The translations under genes were made by a program, and so were the position numbers. The notes beneath the pieces were generated by a model that was not told the DNA's origin, did no database searches, and worked only from the letters and a program-made list of their open reading frames with translations. Positions 1 through 10,313 of a stretch of DNA of 64,000 bases are shown piece after piece (the first letter of the stretch is position 1; each line of letters opens with the position of its first letter). This DNA comes from a virus: the IMG/VR virus record IMGVR_UViG_3300008954_003312, positions 1-64,000 of that record, one strand, 5' to 3'.

Positions 1-375
1 GCTGGAGATAAAAAGGCTCTTGAGGCATACGAAAGCTGGATTAATAATTGCTGTCACAGCTTGCCCTCAATTCAGCATTTTTCTTGGTTTAATATAGGAA
101 GAAAGATTAGAACCTATAGAGACTATTGGTCAAATCACTGGCAAAGCTTATATAACATCAAACAAGAAGACATTGCAGAAAATAATATGTTTTTTGACAA
201 GCCGTGGGAAGAGGTCTCTGAAAAAGAAATTGATGACCTATCAGAAAAGCTTTCTTCAGAAATGGGAGGCTGGGTTTTTCATTCCAGGGTTGACTTTAAT
301 AATGTTACTCCTTATGTTGATGTTGAATTAGAAATACCTGAAGTAATGACAGACTGGGTCAAGGAGAAATCTTGA
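1..375 (+). CDS. C-terminal part of a gene starting before the window; possibly a glycosyltransferase
   Basis: Frame is open from base 1 (AGDKKALEAYESWINNCCHSLPSIQHFSWF...), so the 61 start is an artefact; sits at the head of the GT cluster; no diagnostic motif in the visible part. Confidence 0.4.
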   Translation, partial: AGDKKALEAYESWINNCCHSLPSIQHFSWFNIGRKIRTYRDYWSNHWQSLYNIKQEDIAENNMFFDKPWEEVSEKEIDDLSEKLSSEMGGWVFHSRVDFNNVTPYVDVELEIPEVMTDWVKEKS

Positions 376-1088
376 AAGTCGTCTTTATAGTTCCGTGCTT
401 TAATGCTGGTCCAAATCTAAGGACGCTTATAGATTCTATTTTGTGTCAAAATGATAAAAGATGGGAGTGTATTCTTATTGATGATTTGTCAGAAGATGAT
501 ACATCAAAAAAGATGAAAGAAGCCTGTAATTCAAATGATAAATTTAAATGTATTATTAATAAAGAAAAGAAATATGCTCTTAGAAATATAGTTGAAAATT
601 CTAGAAAGTTTCAAAATGATAGTGATACAGTTGTAGCTGTTATTGATGGTGATGATTCTCTTTGTAATCCAGACACAGTTAGTCTTTTAATAAGAGAATA
701 TGAGAAAGGATTAGATGTTGTCTGGACTGGTCATCGCTGGGATATTAACGGAATCAACATATCAAAAGAGATGCCAAATAATGTAAATCCATACTTTTGG
801 CCCTGGTCTTCTTCTCATTTAAGAACGTTTAGATCAAGCATGCTTTCTAATGTTCATGATGATAATTTTAAAAATATTCTTGGTGAATGGTTTAAGAGAG
901 GATATGATCAAGCCCTTATGCTTCCAGTTCTGTACTTAACAGAAAATAGAAAATATATTGATGAGATATGTTATCTTTATAATATAGATTCTTCGTCCAT
1001 ACCTGCTGATCAAAGAGAGTGGTCAGAGATGGAGCAGATATCAACAATCAATCTTGTTAGAGCAAGAGGGTTCATAGATAAAAAATGA
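372..1088 (+). CDS. GT2-family glycosyltransferase (GT-A fold)
   Basis: IVPCFNA, ILIDDLSED, DGDD (DxD) motifs; TTG start behind AAGGAG, overlapping the upstream stop. Confidence 0.9.
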   Translation: MKVVFIVPCFNAGPNLRTLIDSILCQNDKRWECILIDDLSEDDTSKKMKEACNSNDKFKCIINKEKKYALRNIVENSRKFQNDSDTVVAVIDGDDSLCNPDTVSLLIREYEKGLDVVWTGHRWDINGINISKEMPNNVNPYFWPWSSSHLRTFRSSMLSNVHDDNFKNILGEWFKRGYDQALMLPVLYLTENRKYIDEICYLYNIDSSSIPADQREWSEMEQISTINLVRARGFIDKK

Positions 1089-2086
1089 GTGTTTTAATAA
1101 CAGGTGTAGCGGGATTGATGGGCTCCAGGTTGGCAACTTGGATATTAGACAATACAGACTATGAAGTGATTGGAATTGATGATTTATCTGGAGGATATAT
1201 TGAAAATGTTGATGATAGGGTTAGGTTTTATAGACTAAATTTAATCAACCAGGTAGATGATATTTCTAATATATTTAAGTCCCATAACGTAGAAATAATA
1301 TATCATATGGCAGCATACGCTGCTGAGGGGCTTTCACCCTTTATAAGAAGTTTTAATTATAAGAATAATCTAGTTGCTTCTTCTAATTTAATAAATCAGG
1401 CTATTGAGAATGATATTAGTCGATTTGTTTTTACCAGTACTATGGCTGTCTATGGAGAAAAATATTCACCTCCGTTTGATGAATCTATGCTGCCATCTCC
1501 GATAGATCCGTATGGAATTGCAAAGTATGCTGTTGAACAAGACTTAGCTTGTGCACTTAGCCAGTTTGGCTTAGAATATACAATAATAAGGCCTCACAAT
1601 GTCTATGGAGTCAATCAGAATATCTGGGATAAGTATAGAAATGTCTTAGGTATCTGGATGTATCAGATACTGGAGGGTCAAAGACCGACAATATTTGGAG
1701 ACGGCGAGCAAAAGCGGGCATTTAGTTATATTGATGATTGCCTAGAACCATTGTGGAAGGCATCTCAGCTAGACCAATGTGTCGGAGAGATTATTAATCT
1801 TGGAGGCATAAAAGAGCACTCAATCAAAGATGCTTGTGATATTGTTATCAAGGCAACTGAAAGTGAAATTAAGCCTGCTTATCTTGAACCAAGACATGAA
1901 GTTAAAAATGCCTGGTCGACTTGGAAAAAATCCGTTGATATTTTGGACTTTAATCACACTATTGATCTCGAAGAGGGGGTTTCAAGAATGTGGAAATGGG
2001 CAAAGTCTCAGCCTAGAAGAAGTAGGTTTGTCTGGAGTGAATATGAGATTAATAAGGGAATATACACTTTTTGGAAGAACAAATGA
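1085..2086 (+). CDS. NAD-dependent NDP-sugar epimerase/dehydratase (GalE-like SDR)
   Basis: TGVAGLMG Rossmann motif, DDLSGG, YGIAK (YxxxK), RPHNVYG, GDGEQKR. Confidence 0.92.
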   Translation: MSVLITGVAGLMGSRLATWILDNTDYEVIGIDDLSGGYIENVDDRVRFYRLNLINQVDDISNIFKSHNVEIIYHMAAYAAEGLSPFIRSFNYKNNLVASSNLINQAIENDISRFVFTSTMAVYGEKYSPPFDESMLPSPIDPYGIAKYAVEQDLACALSQFGLEYTIIRPHNVYGVNQNIWDKYRNVLGIWMYQILEGQRPTIFGDGEQKRAFSYIDDCLEPLWKASQLDQCVGEIINLGGIKEHSIKDACDIVIKATESEIKPAYLEPRHEVKNAWSTWKKSVDILDFNHTIDLEEGVSRMWKWAKSQPRRSRFVWSEYEINKGIYTFWKNK

Positions 2087-2928
2087 TTGAAATAAAGACA
2101 GATGTTGGAGACTTTACAGTTGAAGCATTTTTAAAAGATGACATCAATAAGGATGCTATATCAATTGCCATGGTTACTCACCTTTCTCCGGAGATGACAA
2201 GAAACTCTGTTGCTTCTTTTAAAAAATTCTCTGAACATCCGATTGAGATTTATCTTGTTGATAATTTTTCTCCGCCTGATGTTGTTGAAGAGCTAAAGAA
2301 GATAGAAGGAATCAATTTAATACTAAATAGAGGTCAATTTAAATCAATACTAAATGGATATCCCGATAGTGTCCTTAACGGTGTGGGAATTGATATTGCA
2401 TCTAGATTCATAAAAACAAGATACATGTTTACTTGTCACAACGATGTCCTAGCCTACAAGAAGGGGTGGCTAACGTATCTTAAGTCAAAACTATCTGACA
2501 GCGTTGCAGGTGCAGCTTTCGGAGAAGATAACAGCAGAATTAAAGCATTGCACATATCTGGCTGCTTAATAGATCTAGAGCTTTATGAGGAAAATAGAAG
2601 AAACTGGTACCCAAACTGGAATTCAAAAAAAGAGATGCTTTGGGATGTTGGTGATCACTATACAAAATTTTTAAGAGATCAAGATTTTAGTTACTATGTG
2701 TGTGGAAATTCACATAATGATCCTAGTGTTTTAGAAAGAATCAATGATGAGCTAATTGAGAAGCACAAGATTCACGCTGATAAAGCAATCTCAGAGGAGG
2801 GTGATGTCTTATACCTTCACTTAGGAAGAGGAATTACTAAGTTTGCTGGAATCTATAATAAGCCAGGAAGAACAACCTATAAGGGCTGGATTGATTTTGG
2901 AAATGAATTATTAGACAGTGAAAAGTAG
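2083..2928 (+). CDS. GT2-like glycosyltransferase
   Basis: IYLVDNFS and CHND motifs, HLGRG near the C-terminus; ATG at 2083 forms an ATGA overlap with the upstream stop. Confidence 0.75.
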   Translation: MIEIKTDVGDFTVEAFLKDDINKDAISIAMVTHLSPEMTRNSVASFKKFSEHPIEIYLVDNFSPPDVVEELKKIEGINLILNRGQFKSILNGYPDSVLNGVGIDIASRFIKTRYMFTCHNDVLAYKKGWLTYLKSKLSDSVAGAAFGEDNSRIKALHISGCLIDLELYEENRRNWYPNWNSKKEMLWDVGDHYTKFLRDQDFSYYVCGNSHNDPSVLERINDELIEKHKIHADKAISEEGDVLYLHLGRGITKFAGIYNKPGRTTYKGWIDFGNELLDSEK

Positions 2929-2933
2929 ATAGA

Positions 2934-3710
2934 ATGAATTTAAATAATGTCGGATATCAGGAGTTTAAAAAGCTTTGTCAGAAAACACTTGATACACTTG
3001 GTGCTGATCAATCTCACCTTCCTTTCATGACTGGTATTTACTGGTCTGATATTTCAAAAAGAGATCCAGAAGATCCAGATCAACCCACTGGTAACGTGAT
3101 TACTACCTCTGAACCCTCTAAAGAAAATCCTGAACATACAGCCTTTTCTTCAGAGTATGATATAAATAAGTGTGAAAATTTACTTGACTTTGGATCTGGA
3201 ACTGGTACATGCAAGGATGAAAACGGTAATTCATTTCTTATGACTCTGTGTAAAAATTACTATAATCTAGATGCTGATCCTGATGCAAATTGTAATTTTA
3301 AAAGCTTAGAAGAGATACCTGATGATATAAAGTTCGATGCCATTGTTGCACATCACTGTCTTGAACATGTTGATAGAGATAGCATCCAGGGCCTTATGAA
3401 AACTCTATGCTCTAAATTGGACAGAAACGGAATTATAATGATAATAGTTCCAAATATTTTTAACTGGACATCTTACTCATTTAACCTAGATCATGTTCTA
3501 CCTCTTACAGTTGAGTCTATTGGAGCTTTTCTCTACATGAATGATGTTGAACCATTTAAAGCTTATCTTGCATGTAAGAGCCTCGATGAATATTTGAGAA
3601 TTATAGATCACTCTAATGATCCGGATATAGCAAAGATGATGGAGTTTTTAAATAATATCTACAGCATTCACCCTGCAAGCCAGCTAGTTGTTGCAGGCAT
3701 TAAAAGATAA
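2934..3710 (+). CDS. class I SAM-dependent methyltransferase
   Basis: LLDFGSGTG motif I, FDAIVAHHCLEHV, G.IMIIVPN. Confidence 0.85.
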   Translation: MNLNNVGYQEFKKLCQKTLDTLGADQSHLPFMTGIYWSDISKRDPEDPDQPTGNVITTSEPSKENPEHTAFSSEYDINKCENLLDFGSGTGTCKDENGNSFLMTLCKNYYNLDADPDANCNFKSLEEIPDDIKFDAIVAHHCLEHVDRDSIQGLMKTLCSKLDRNGIIMIIVPNIFNWTSYSFNLDHVLPLTVESIGAFLYMNDVEPFKAYLACKSLDEYLRIIDHSNDPDIAKMMEFLNNIYSIHPASQLVVAGIKR

Positions 3711-4615
3711 TGAAGATATTTTTTGACAATGTAAATTTTAATTCAAATTCAGGACCAAACGGATTTGGAAAAAAGCTTTTTAATTGTCTAGAGGGAAAAG
3801 GATATCAGGTCTTTGATACACCGATGAAGGCTATTTCTCCAGATATTCAGCTAAGCTTTATAGCATCAAATTTTAAACTAGCTCCCATAGTACAAAGACT
3901 TGATGGAATTTACTTTAACTCTGATCAAGACTTTAACTCTCTAAACGAACCAATTGAAAAAACCTATCAGGCAGCCAATGGTGTTATATTTCAGTCAGAA
4001 TTTAATAAGCTTCTAACAGAAAAATTCTTTGGGGTTAAGGAGAAGAGCTTTGTGATTCACAACGGAACCTGTCTCGAAGATGTTGAAAATATAGCGCCCC
4101 TGATTTCAAAGGATTTAGAAAGATTTAAAAACATCTGGACATGCGCTTCCTCATGGAGACCTCATAAGCGATTAAGTGAAAATGTAAGATATTTTTCAGA
4201 ACACTCTTCAGAAAATGACTGTCTTATTGTTGCAGGTGCAAATCCTGATTGCAAGCTTGATCATGATAGAGTTTTCTATGCAGGTGTTCTAGACTGGAAG
4301 ACGCTAGTATCTCTTTACAAGGTTTCAAAATACTTTATTCACCTTGCTTGGCTAGATCATTGTCCAAATGTTGTGGTTGATGCTAGGGCAGCTGGATGTC
4401 ATATAATATGCTCCTCTGCCGGTGGAACAAAAGAGATTGCAGGTAAAAATTCTACCATCATAGATGAAGATGATTGGGACTTTACGCCGGTTAGACTGTA
4501 TAATCCGCCTATCATGGATTTTTCTAAAAAAATATATGATGGAGAAGAATCAGATATTGATATTAAAAATACAGCAAATAGCTATCTAGAAGTTTTTACG
4601 GAGTGTCTTATATGA
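3710..4615 (+). CDS. GT4-family glycosyltransferase (GT-B)
   Basis: N-terminal SGPNGF loop, VIHNG, PHKR, DHCPNVVVDARAAG (D-x7-D version of E-x7-E), GGTKEI. Confidence 0.85.
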   Translation: MKIFFDNVNFNSNSGPNGFGKKLFNCLEGKGYQVFDTPMKAISPDIQLSFIASNFKLAPIVQRLDGIYFNSDQDFNSLNEPIEKTYQAANGVIFQSEFNKLLTEKFFGVKEKSFVIHNGTCLEDVENIAPLISKDLERFKNIWTCASSWRPHKRLSENVRYFSEHSSENDCLIVAGANPDCKLDHDRVFYAGVLDWKTLVSLYKVSKYFIHLAWLDHCPNVVVDARAAGCHIICSSAGGTKEIAGKNSTIIDEDDWDFTPVRLYNPPIMDFSKKIYDGEESDIDIKNTANSYLEVFTECLI

Positions 4616-5658
4616 GAGTCTTAGTCACAGGAGCAGGTGGATTAATTGGAAGTGAAGCAGTTAGATACTTTTTAAAAGATCATCTTGTCTGGGGTATTGA
4701 CAATGATATGAGGTCTACATTTTTTGGCAAAGAGGGTAGTGTTATTCCCACTATTGAGAAACTTAAGGTAGAAGATGGGTATACACACTTTCACGCTGAT
4801 ATCACTAGTGAAGACCAGATTGGTAGTATTTTTAAAAATATTAAGCCTGATGTCATAATTCACTGTGCTGCTCAGCCTAGTCATGATAAAGCTGCAGACA
4901 TACCTCTCTTGGACTTTAACGTGAATGCATTTGGAACTATTAATCTTCTGGAAGCAACTAGAAAGTTTTGCTCAAAAGATGCTGTTTTCATTCACATGAG
5001 CACTAATAAGGTCTATGGAGATGGACCAAATAATCTTGAAATTAGTGAGAGTGATGTTAGATATGACTTTGCTTCTATAGAGTTTTCAGAAGGAATCTCT
5101 GAGAGCTTTCAAATAGATCAATGCCTTCACTCTCTATTCGGAGCATCAAAGGTATCTGCTGACATAGTAGCACAGGAATATGGAAGATATTTTAATATGA
5201 ATGTTGGAATATTTAGAGGCGGCTGCTTAACTGGGCCCCAGCACGCAGGTGTGGAGCTTCACGGATTTTTATCATATATTGTCAAATGTGCGATAATTGG
5301 AAGGCCCTACACAGTCTTTGGGTACAAGGGAAAGCAAGTAAGAGATCAAATTCATAGCTACGATGTAATCCAGGCTTTTGAGAGATTTATTGAAAACCCA
5401 AGACAGGGAGCTGTCTACAATATAGGCGGCGGAAGAGAGAATAGTGCTTCAATTCTTGAGATAATACATTATCTGAAACACAATCATGGCTTAGAGTTAA
5501 ATTATTCAGTGTCAGATAAAAATAGATCAGGAGATCATATCTGTTATTATACTGATCTTAGCAAGCTAAAGTCTCACTTTCCCGACTGGTCAATAACAAT
5601 ATCTTTAAACAATATAATAGATGATATTATTTTTAATTCTAAGATAGAAAAGGAATGA
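4612..5658 (+). CDS. RfbE/CDP-tyvelose-epimerase-like NAD-dependent SDR (catalytic Tyr replaced by Phe)
   Basis: TGAGGLIG, AAQPSHD, STNKVYGD, HSLFGASK, GYKGKQVRD; ATGA overlap at 4612. Confidence 0.88.
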   Translation: MRVLVTGAGGLIGSEAVRYFLKDHLVWGIDNDMRSTFFGKEGSVIPTIEKLKVEDGYTHFHADITSEDQIGSIFKNIKPDVIIHCAAQPSHDKAADIPLLDFNVNAFGTINLLEATRKFCSKDAVFIHMSTNKVYGDGPNNLEISESDVRYDFASIEFSEGISESFQIDQCLHSLFGASKVSADIVAQEYGRYFNMNVGIFRGGCLTGPQHAGVELHGFLSYIVKCAIIGRPYTVFGYKGKQVRDQIHSYDVIQAFERFIENPRQGAVYNIGGGRENSASILEIIHYLKHNHGLELNYSVSDKNRSGDHICYYTDLSKLKSHFPDWSITISLNNIIDDIIFNSKIEKE

Positions 5659-5662
5659 GGTA

Positions 5663-6685
5663 ATGAATTTACCCAAGGTAACATTTGGAATAGTAAACTG
5701 TAATAGGCTTTTTTACTTTAAGAGCTGTTTAGAAAGCCTTCTGTACACAACAGAAGACTATGAAAACAAAGAGATAATAGTCGTAGATAATGCTTCAGTC
5801 GAAGAAGGGACAGAGGAATATCTTTCTGAACTTGAGGATCGAGGATTTAAGGTATTTAGACAAAAAGAGAGAGATCCTTCAAATGAATTTGCTAAAGCTT
5901 TGAATATAATCGTCAGAGAATCCACAGGTGATTTTATTTGCCCCCTACAGGGAGATATGCAATTTGTCTTGAAGGGAGCCTGGCTAAAGGGTTATGTTGA
6001 TTTTTATAGCAATAATAAGGATACTATAGGATGTATGCTCTTAGATGCACAAAGAAATGTAACCAATAATTCTCATTCTCCATTTAAACCTGTTAGCAAA
6101 GAGAGTGATAAATATAAATTTTTAATTGACATGAGAAGAAGTCCGATTATGTGCGCAGGAGATGTTCTTTTTAGTAGAGAGGTCCTCGAAAAAATAGCAC
6201 CATGGTCAGAAAATAATAAAAAGCACGAAGGTGGGCAGGATTCTGAGACAGACATGCTAAGTCGTGTTAGAGATGTTATGATTAGTGAAAATCTAAATTG
6301 GCACTGTGCTGTTCCGATTATTCCACCCTCTGTTGCAATTCAGACTGACCCAAGAGGGACAAATGCTCGAGTTAGAGGCAATAAGAGATACGGAAAGTAT
6401 TTTTCTCCAAAAGAAGGATTTCAATATTATGAAATTTTTAAATTTGATGATGTTGCCAATAAACATGATAATTCTTTCCCTATAGGAATTGAAGATATGG
6501 CAGTTTCAATTGGCTGGGAAGCACCGATAGATTCATCAGGAAACTGGAAGAAAAATCCGATAAATCCTGATAATTGTCATCCCTCAGACTACGTTGTTCT
6601 ATACGAAGAGGCTATTCTATCTCAACCTGATACTGTTGTCAATGAAGAAGATGCAGACTATATTAAAGACTGGCTGGAAGAATAG
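5663..6685 (+). CDS. GT2-family glycosyltransferase
   Basis: VTFGIVNCNR, IIVVDNAS, ALN...STGDFI, QGD. Confidence 0.85.
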   Translation: MNLPKVTFGIVNCNRLFYFKSCLESLLYTTEDYENKEIIVVDNASVEEGTEEYLSELEDRGFKVFRQKERDPSNEFAKALNIIVRESTGDFICPLQGDMQFVLKGAWLKGYVDFYSNNKDTIGCMLLDAQRNVTNNSHSPFKPVSKESDKYKFLIDMRRSPIMCAGDVLFSREVLEKIAPWSENNKKHEGGQDSETDMLSRVRDVMISENLNWHCAVPIIPPSVAIQTDPRGTNARVRGNKRYGKYFSPKEGFQYYEIFKFDDVANKHDNSFPIGIEDMAVSIGWEAPIDSSGNWKKNPINPDNCHPSDYVVLYEEAILSQPDTVVNEEDADYIKDWLEE

Positions 6686-7621
6686 ATGAAAGTATTTTGT
6701 CACATACCGAGAGAGAACTGGTTTTGTGATAGATATGGAAAAGAGTATCAGAAATTTTCTTCACACAGCGTTACTTTTAATGATCTAGATTCTGATTTAT
6801 ATTGGCTCTTAGCTGGGTGGTGTTGGAGGCATATTGATCCTAAGCTTTTATCATTAAAAAAAGTTGTTTGCACTATACATCACGAAGTTCCCTGGAAGTT
6901 TGACAATAATAGACTTTCTGAATTTATGGAAAGAGATAAGTTCGTTGATGCTTATCACGTTCCCTGTTTTCAGACAGAAGAGTTTATTAGAAAGATTACA
7001 AAAAAGCCAATTATTCAAATTTCTTATTGGGCTAATAACCACCTTTGGAAGGATCTGGACAGAGTTAGCTGTAAGAAAAAGTATGATGTCAGTGATAAGT
7101 TTGTCATATCTTCTTTTCAAAGAGATACTGAGGGAGGAGATTTAAAATCGCCCAAGCTTGAAAAAGGGCCAGATAGATTTTGTGACTTTGTTAAAAAGTT
7201 TTCAGAAATCTCTGATAAAGAGGTTCATGTTCTGCTAAACGGGTGGAGAAGACAGTATGTAATCTCTAGACTTGAAAGCGCTGGAATTGACTATAGCTAT
7301 TATGAGCTACCAGATTTTAATGAAATTGTGGAGATGTATAATGCAACTGACCTATATGTTGTAGGTTCCAGAGTTGAAGGAGGGCCTCAATCTATAATAG
7401 AATGTGCGCTAACAAAGACACCAATTATTTCAACTGATGTAGGAATAGCTAGAAATATATTACCTGAAAGCTGTATAATCAATATGGATTCTGAGTATGA
7501 TATTTTTGTTCCCGGTGATAATTGCGTTCAAGAGGCATATGAAAATGTTCAGAAAATATTAGTAGAGCCTCATGTTGAAAAGTATGACAAATTTTTTAAA
7601 AAAGTGCTAATGGAGCTATGA
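6686..7621 (+). CDS. GT4-family glycosyltransferase
   Basis: KLEKGPD, MYNATDLY, SRVEGGPQSIIE (E-x7-E), ISTDVG. Confidence 0.88.
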   Translation: MKVFCHIPRENWFCDRYGKEYQKFSSHSVTFNDLDSDLYWLLAGWCWRHIDPKLLSLKKVVCTIHHEVPWKFDNNRLSEFMERDKFVDAYHVPCFQTEEFIRKITKKPIIQISYWANNHLWKDLDRVSCKKKYDVSDKFVISSFQRDTEGGDLKSPKLEKGPDRFCDFVKKFSEISDKEVHVLLNGWRRQYVISRLESAGIDYSYYELPDFNEIVEMYNATDLYVVGSRVEGGPQSIIECALTKTPIISTDVGIARNILPESCIINMDSEYDIFVPGDNCVQEAYENVQKILVEPHVEKYDKFFKKVLMEL

Positions 7622-8682
7622 AATATCTTATAACAGGTGGTGCAGGATTTGTTGGAGGAAACTTAGCAATTAAGCTTGCTTCAGATGGAAATAAAGTTTT
7701 ATGTATTGATAATTTATCAAGAAGGGGAAGTGAGAACAACCTTAGAAGATTTTTAAATCATAAAAATATAACTTTTAAGCATTGTGACATTAGAAATAGA
7801 GAAGATCTATACGATATAAATTTTAATCCGGATGTCGTGCTAGAGTGCTCCGCGCAGACGACTGCTGTTGATGGATACCAAAATCCTCTTTATGATTTTA
7901 CAAATAATACAATAGGCGTTGTCAATATTCTTGAATTCTGTAGAGAAAGAGGTTCTGGAATTATATTCTGGAGCTCTAATAAGGCATACTCTGGCGGGTT
8001 TTGTAATTCTATACCTATGATTGAGAATGATACCAGATTTAAGTGGGATGAGTCTAAAGCCCAGCCTGTTCGAGGGTGGACTTCACTTGGCTTTAATGAA
8101 GAGGGTGATTTAAATGGCGGTGGTCATACAATATACGGTGTAACTAAAAATGCTGCTGACCTTTTAATACAAGAATGGTCTGTGGCTTTTGATATACCCG
8201 CTGTCATAAATAGATTTAGCTGTCTTTACGGTCCTCACCAGTTTGGAAAAGTCTCTCAGGGCTGGATGGTCTGGTTTGCTTTGGCTAAAAAGTTTAACTT
8301 AGATTTATATTATTATGGATTTAACGGAAAGCAGGTTAGAGACTGTCTTCACATTGATGATCTCTATGATCTAGTGTCTAAGCAGTCAACAAATCTATCT
8401 AGACATTATGGAGACTATTATAATGTCGGAGGTGGAGTAAAAAATACTACCTCTATATTAGAGTTTAATACATTCTTAAACAATACGATGTCTGGAAATC
8501 ACAAAGAAGTAAAGCTATCAGAATCTAGAAACTCTGATCAAAAGATATACATTTCTGATATTAGCAAGGTCTCTGGAGATTTTAATTGGTCTCCGAAGAT
8601 TTCAATAAGGGAAGGAATGAAGACAGTAGTAGACTGGATTGAAGATAGTAATGAAGATTTTTCTTGGATGACAAGAGGTTAG
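7618..8682 (+). CDS. RfbE/CDP-paratose 2-epimerase-like NAD-dependent SDR
   Basis: TGGAGFVG, DNLSRRGSENNL, SSNKAY, YGVTK, SCLYGPHQFG..QGW, GKQVRD. Confidence 0.88.
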   Translation: MKYLITGGAGFVGGNLAIKLASDGNKVLCIDNLSRRGSENNLRRFLNHKNITFKHCDIRNREDLYDINFNPDVVLECSAQTTAVDGYQNPLYDFTNNTIGVVNILEFCRERGSGIIFWSSNKAYSGGFCNSIPMIENDTRFKWDESKAQPVRGWTSLGFNEEGDLNGGGHTIYGVTKNAADLLIQEWSVAFDIPAVINRFSCLYGPHQFGKVSQGWMVWFALAKKFNLDLYYYGFNGKQVRDCLHIDDLYDLVSKQSTNLSRHYGDYYNVGGGVKNTTSILEFNTFLNNTMSGNHKEVKLSESRNSDQKIYISDISKVSGDFNWSPKISIREGMKTVVDWIEDSNEDFSWMTRG

Positions 8683-8684
8683 AA

Positions 8685-10313
8685 ATGAAAATATTAGGTG
8701 CGTGGTCTGGACATGACTGTTCTTATTCTGTTATTGATGAGGGGAAACCCGTTGTTCATGATGAATATGAGAGATTTATAAGAGAAAAAGAGCCTGCAGG
8801 AGATTCATTAGGATTTTTTCTTGAAAATTATCCTGATATGCTAGAAGAAATATCACACGTTGCAACTTGCTTTCCTAACTCTAAGTTGTCTCATTATGAT
8901 GAATCATATAAGAAGGTGATGTCTTCTGTAGAGTCAAGAGGTGGAAATATATTTACAATAGGCCACCATAAGTCACATGCTGCAAACGCTTTCTTCTCAA
9001 GTAATCTAGAAGATGCTACAATTTTAACTTTCGACGGAGGTGGTGTTGAAGAAGACAATGTTGTTACAGCATGTACAATATGGCTTGGAAAGGGAAATAA
9101 AATAGCTCATGTTCATACATTTCCAATGTCTTTTGTTAATATTGGAGGTGTCTGGACCCGGACTACTAGATATATTTTCCAGCTTCAGTCGGGATGGCCA
9201 AGAGGTCATCAGGCCGGAAGTGTCATGGCAATGGCATCCATAGGAGATCCATCAAGGTTTCATGATGATTTTTTAAAAATGTTAACTTCAGACATTGCAA
9301 TTGCATCTCATAAGCCAGCTGGTCAGCCTAGAGGGGCTCTAATTCCTGGAAAAGATCCAGTACATCCCTATCTTAACAAGTGGAAGCTCATAGCTGACAA
9401 GGGAGAAAGCGAAAGGTTTGATCTTGCAGCAGGTCTTCAGTCAGCAACAGAGACAGTTATGCGAAGCATCATTGGACAGCTAATTGGTCAAATTCCAACT
9501 AAGAATCTGTGCTTTTCCGGAGGTGTTTCTCTCAACTGTGTTGCAATTGGCAAGATAAGGTCTTGGTTTCCTAGTATAGAAAATGTCTATGTTACACCAA
9601 CACCTCACGATGGCGGACTTCCCATAGGCGCTTCTCAATATGTCTGGCACCAGATATTAGATAAGCCTAGAATTAACTGGAAAGATAACTTTACACCCTA
9701 TCTAGGTAGAAGCTACAGCATTGAAGAAATAGAGGCATCGTTAAAAAATAGATCTGATAAAGTTGAATATAAAAATTCAAATATCTCTAGCCTAATCGGG
9801 CTACTAGCTGATCAAAAGATAGTTTCTGTTTTTGGAGGAGGCTCTGAGTCCGGACGTCGGGCACTTGGTAATAGGAGTATTTTAGCTGACCCTAGAAGCC
9901 CGAATATGAAAAAAATGATAAATGAAAAAGTGAAGCACAGACAGTGGTATAGACCCTTTGCTCCTTCTATTCTTAGAGAAGAGGTCGCTAACTGGTTTGA
10001 AATTGATCAAAGTAGTCCGTATATGAGTTTTGCAATTCCCTTAAAGGAAGATTCATTAGAAAAGGTGCCGGCTGTAGCACATCTAGATGGAACAGCTAGA
10101 TTGCAAACTGTCTCTAAGAACGATAATAAGTGGTATTATAGTCTTCTTTCTAAGTGGAGCAAGAAGACAGGGGTGCCAATTTTACTAAATACTAGCTTTA
10201 ATGATAGAGAGCCAATTTGTGAAAATCCTGATCACGCGATTGATTGCTTCTTAAGAACTAACATAGACTATCTTTACTTTTCTGACTTTGACCTATTGGT
10301 GTCAAAGAAATGA
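8685..10313 (+). CDS. NodU/CmcH/TobZ-family carbamoyltransferase
   Basis: GHD, ERF.REK, HHKSHAA, DGGG, FSGGVSLN, HDGG, GRRALGNRSILADP, KHRQWYRPFAPS, HLDGTARLQTV, LLNTSFN. Confidence 0.95.
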   Translation: MKILGAWSGHDCSYSVIDEGKPVVHDEYERFIREKEPAGDSLGFFLENYPDMLEEISHVATCFPNSKLSHYDESYKKVMSSVESRGGNIFTIGHHKSHAANAFFSSNLEDATILTFDGGGVEEDNVVTACTIWLGKGNKIAHVHTFPMSFVNIGGVWTRTTRYIFQLQSGWPRGHQAGSVMAMASIGDPSRFHDDFLKMLTSDIAIASHKPAGQPRGALIPGKDPVHPYLNKWKLIADKGESERFDLAAGLQSATETVMRSIIGQLIGQIPTKNLCFSGGVSLNCVAIGKIRSWFPSIENVYVTPTPHDGGLPIGASQYVWHQILDKPRINWKDNFTPYLGRSYSIEEIEASLKNRSDKVEYKNSNISSLIGLLADQKIVSVFGGGSESGRRALGNRSILADPRSPNMKKMINEKVKHRQWYRPFAPSILREEVANWFEIDQSSPYMSFAIPLKEDSLEKVPAVAHLDGTARLQTVSKNDNKWYYSLLSKWSKKTGVPILLNTSFNDREPICENPDHAIDCFLRTNIDYLYFSDFDLLVSKK

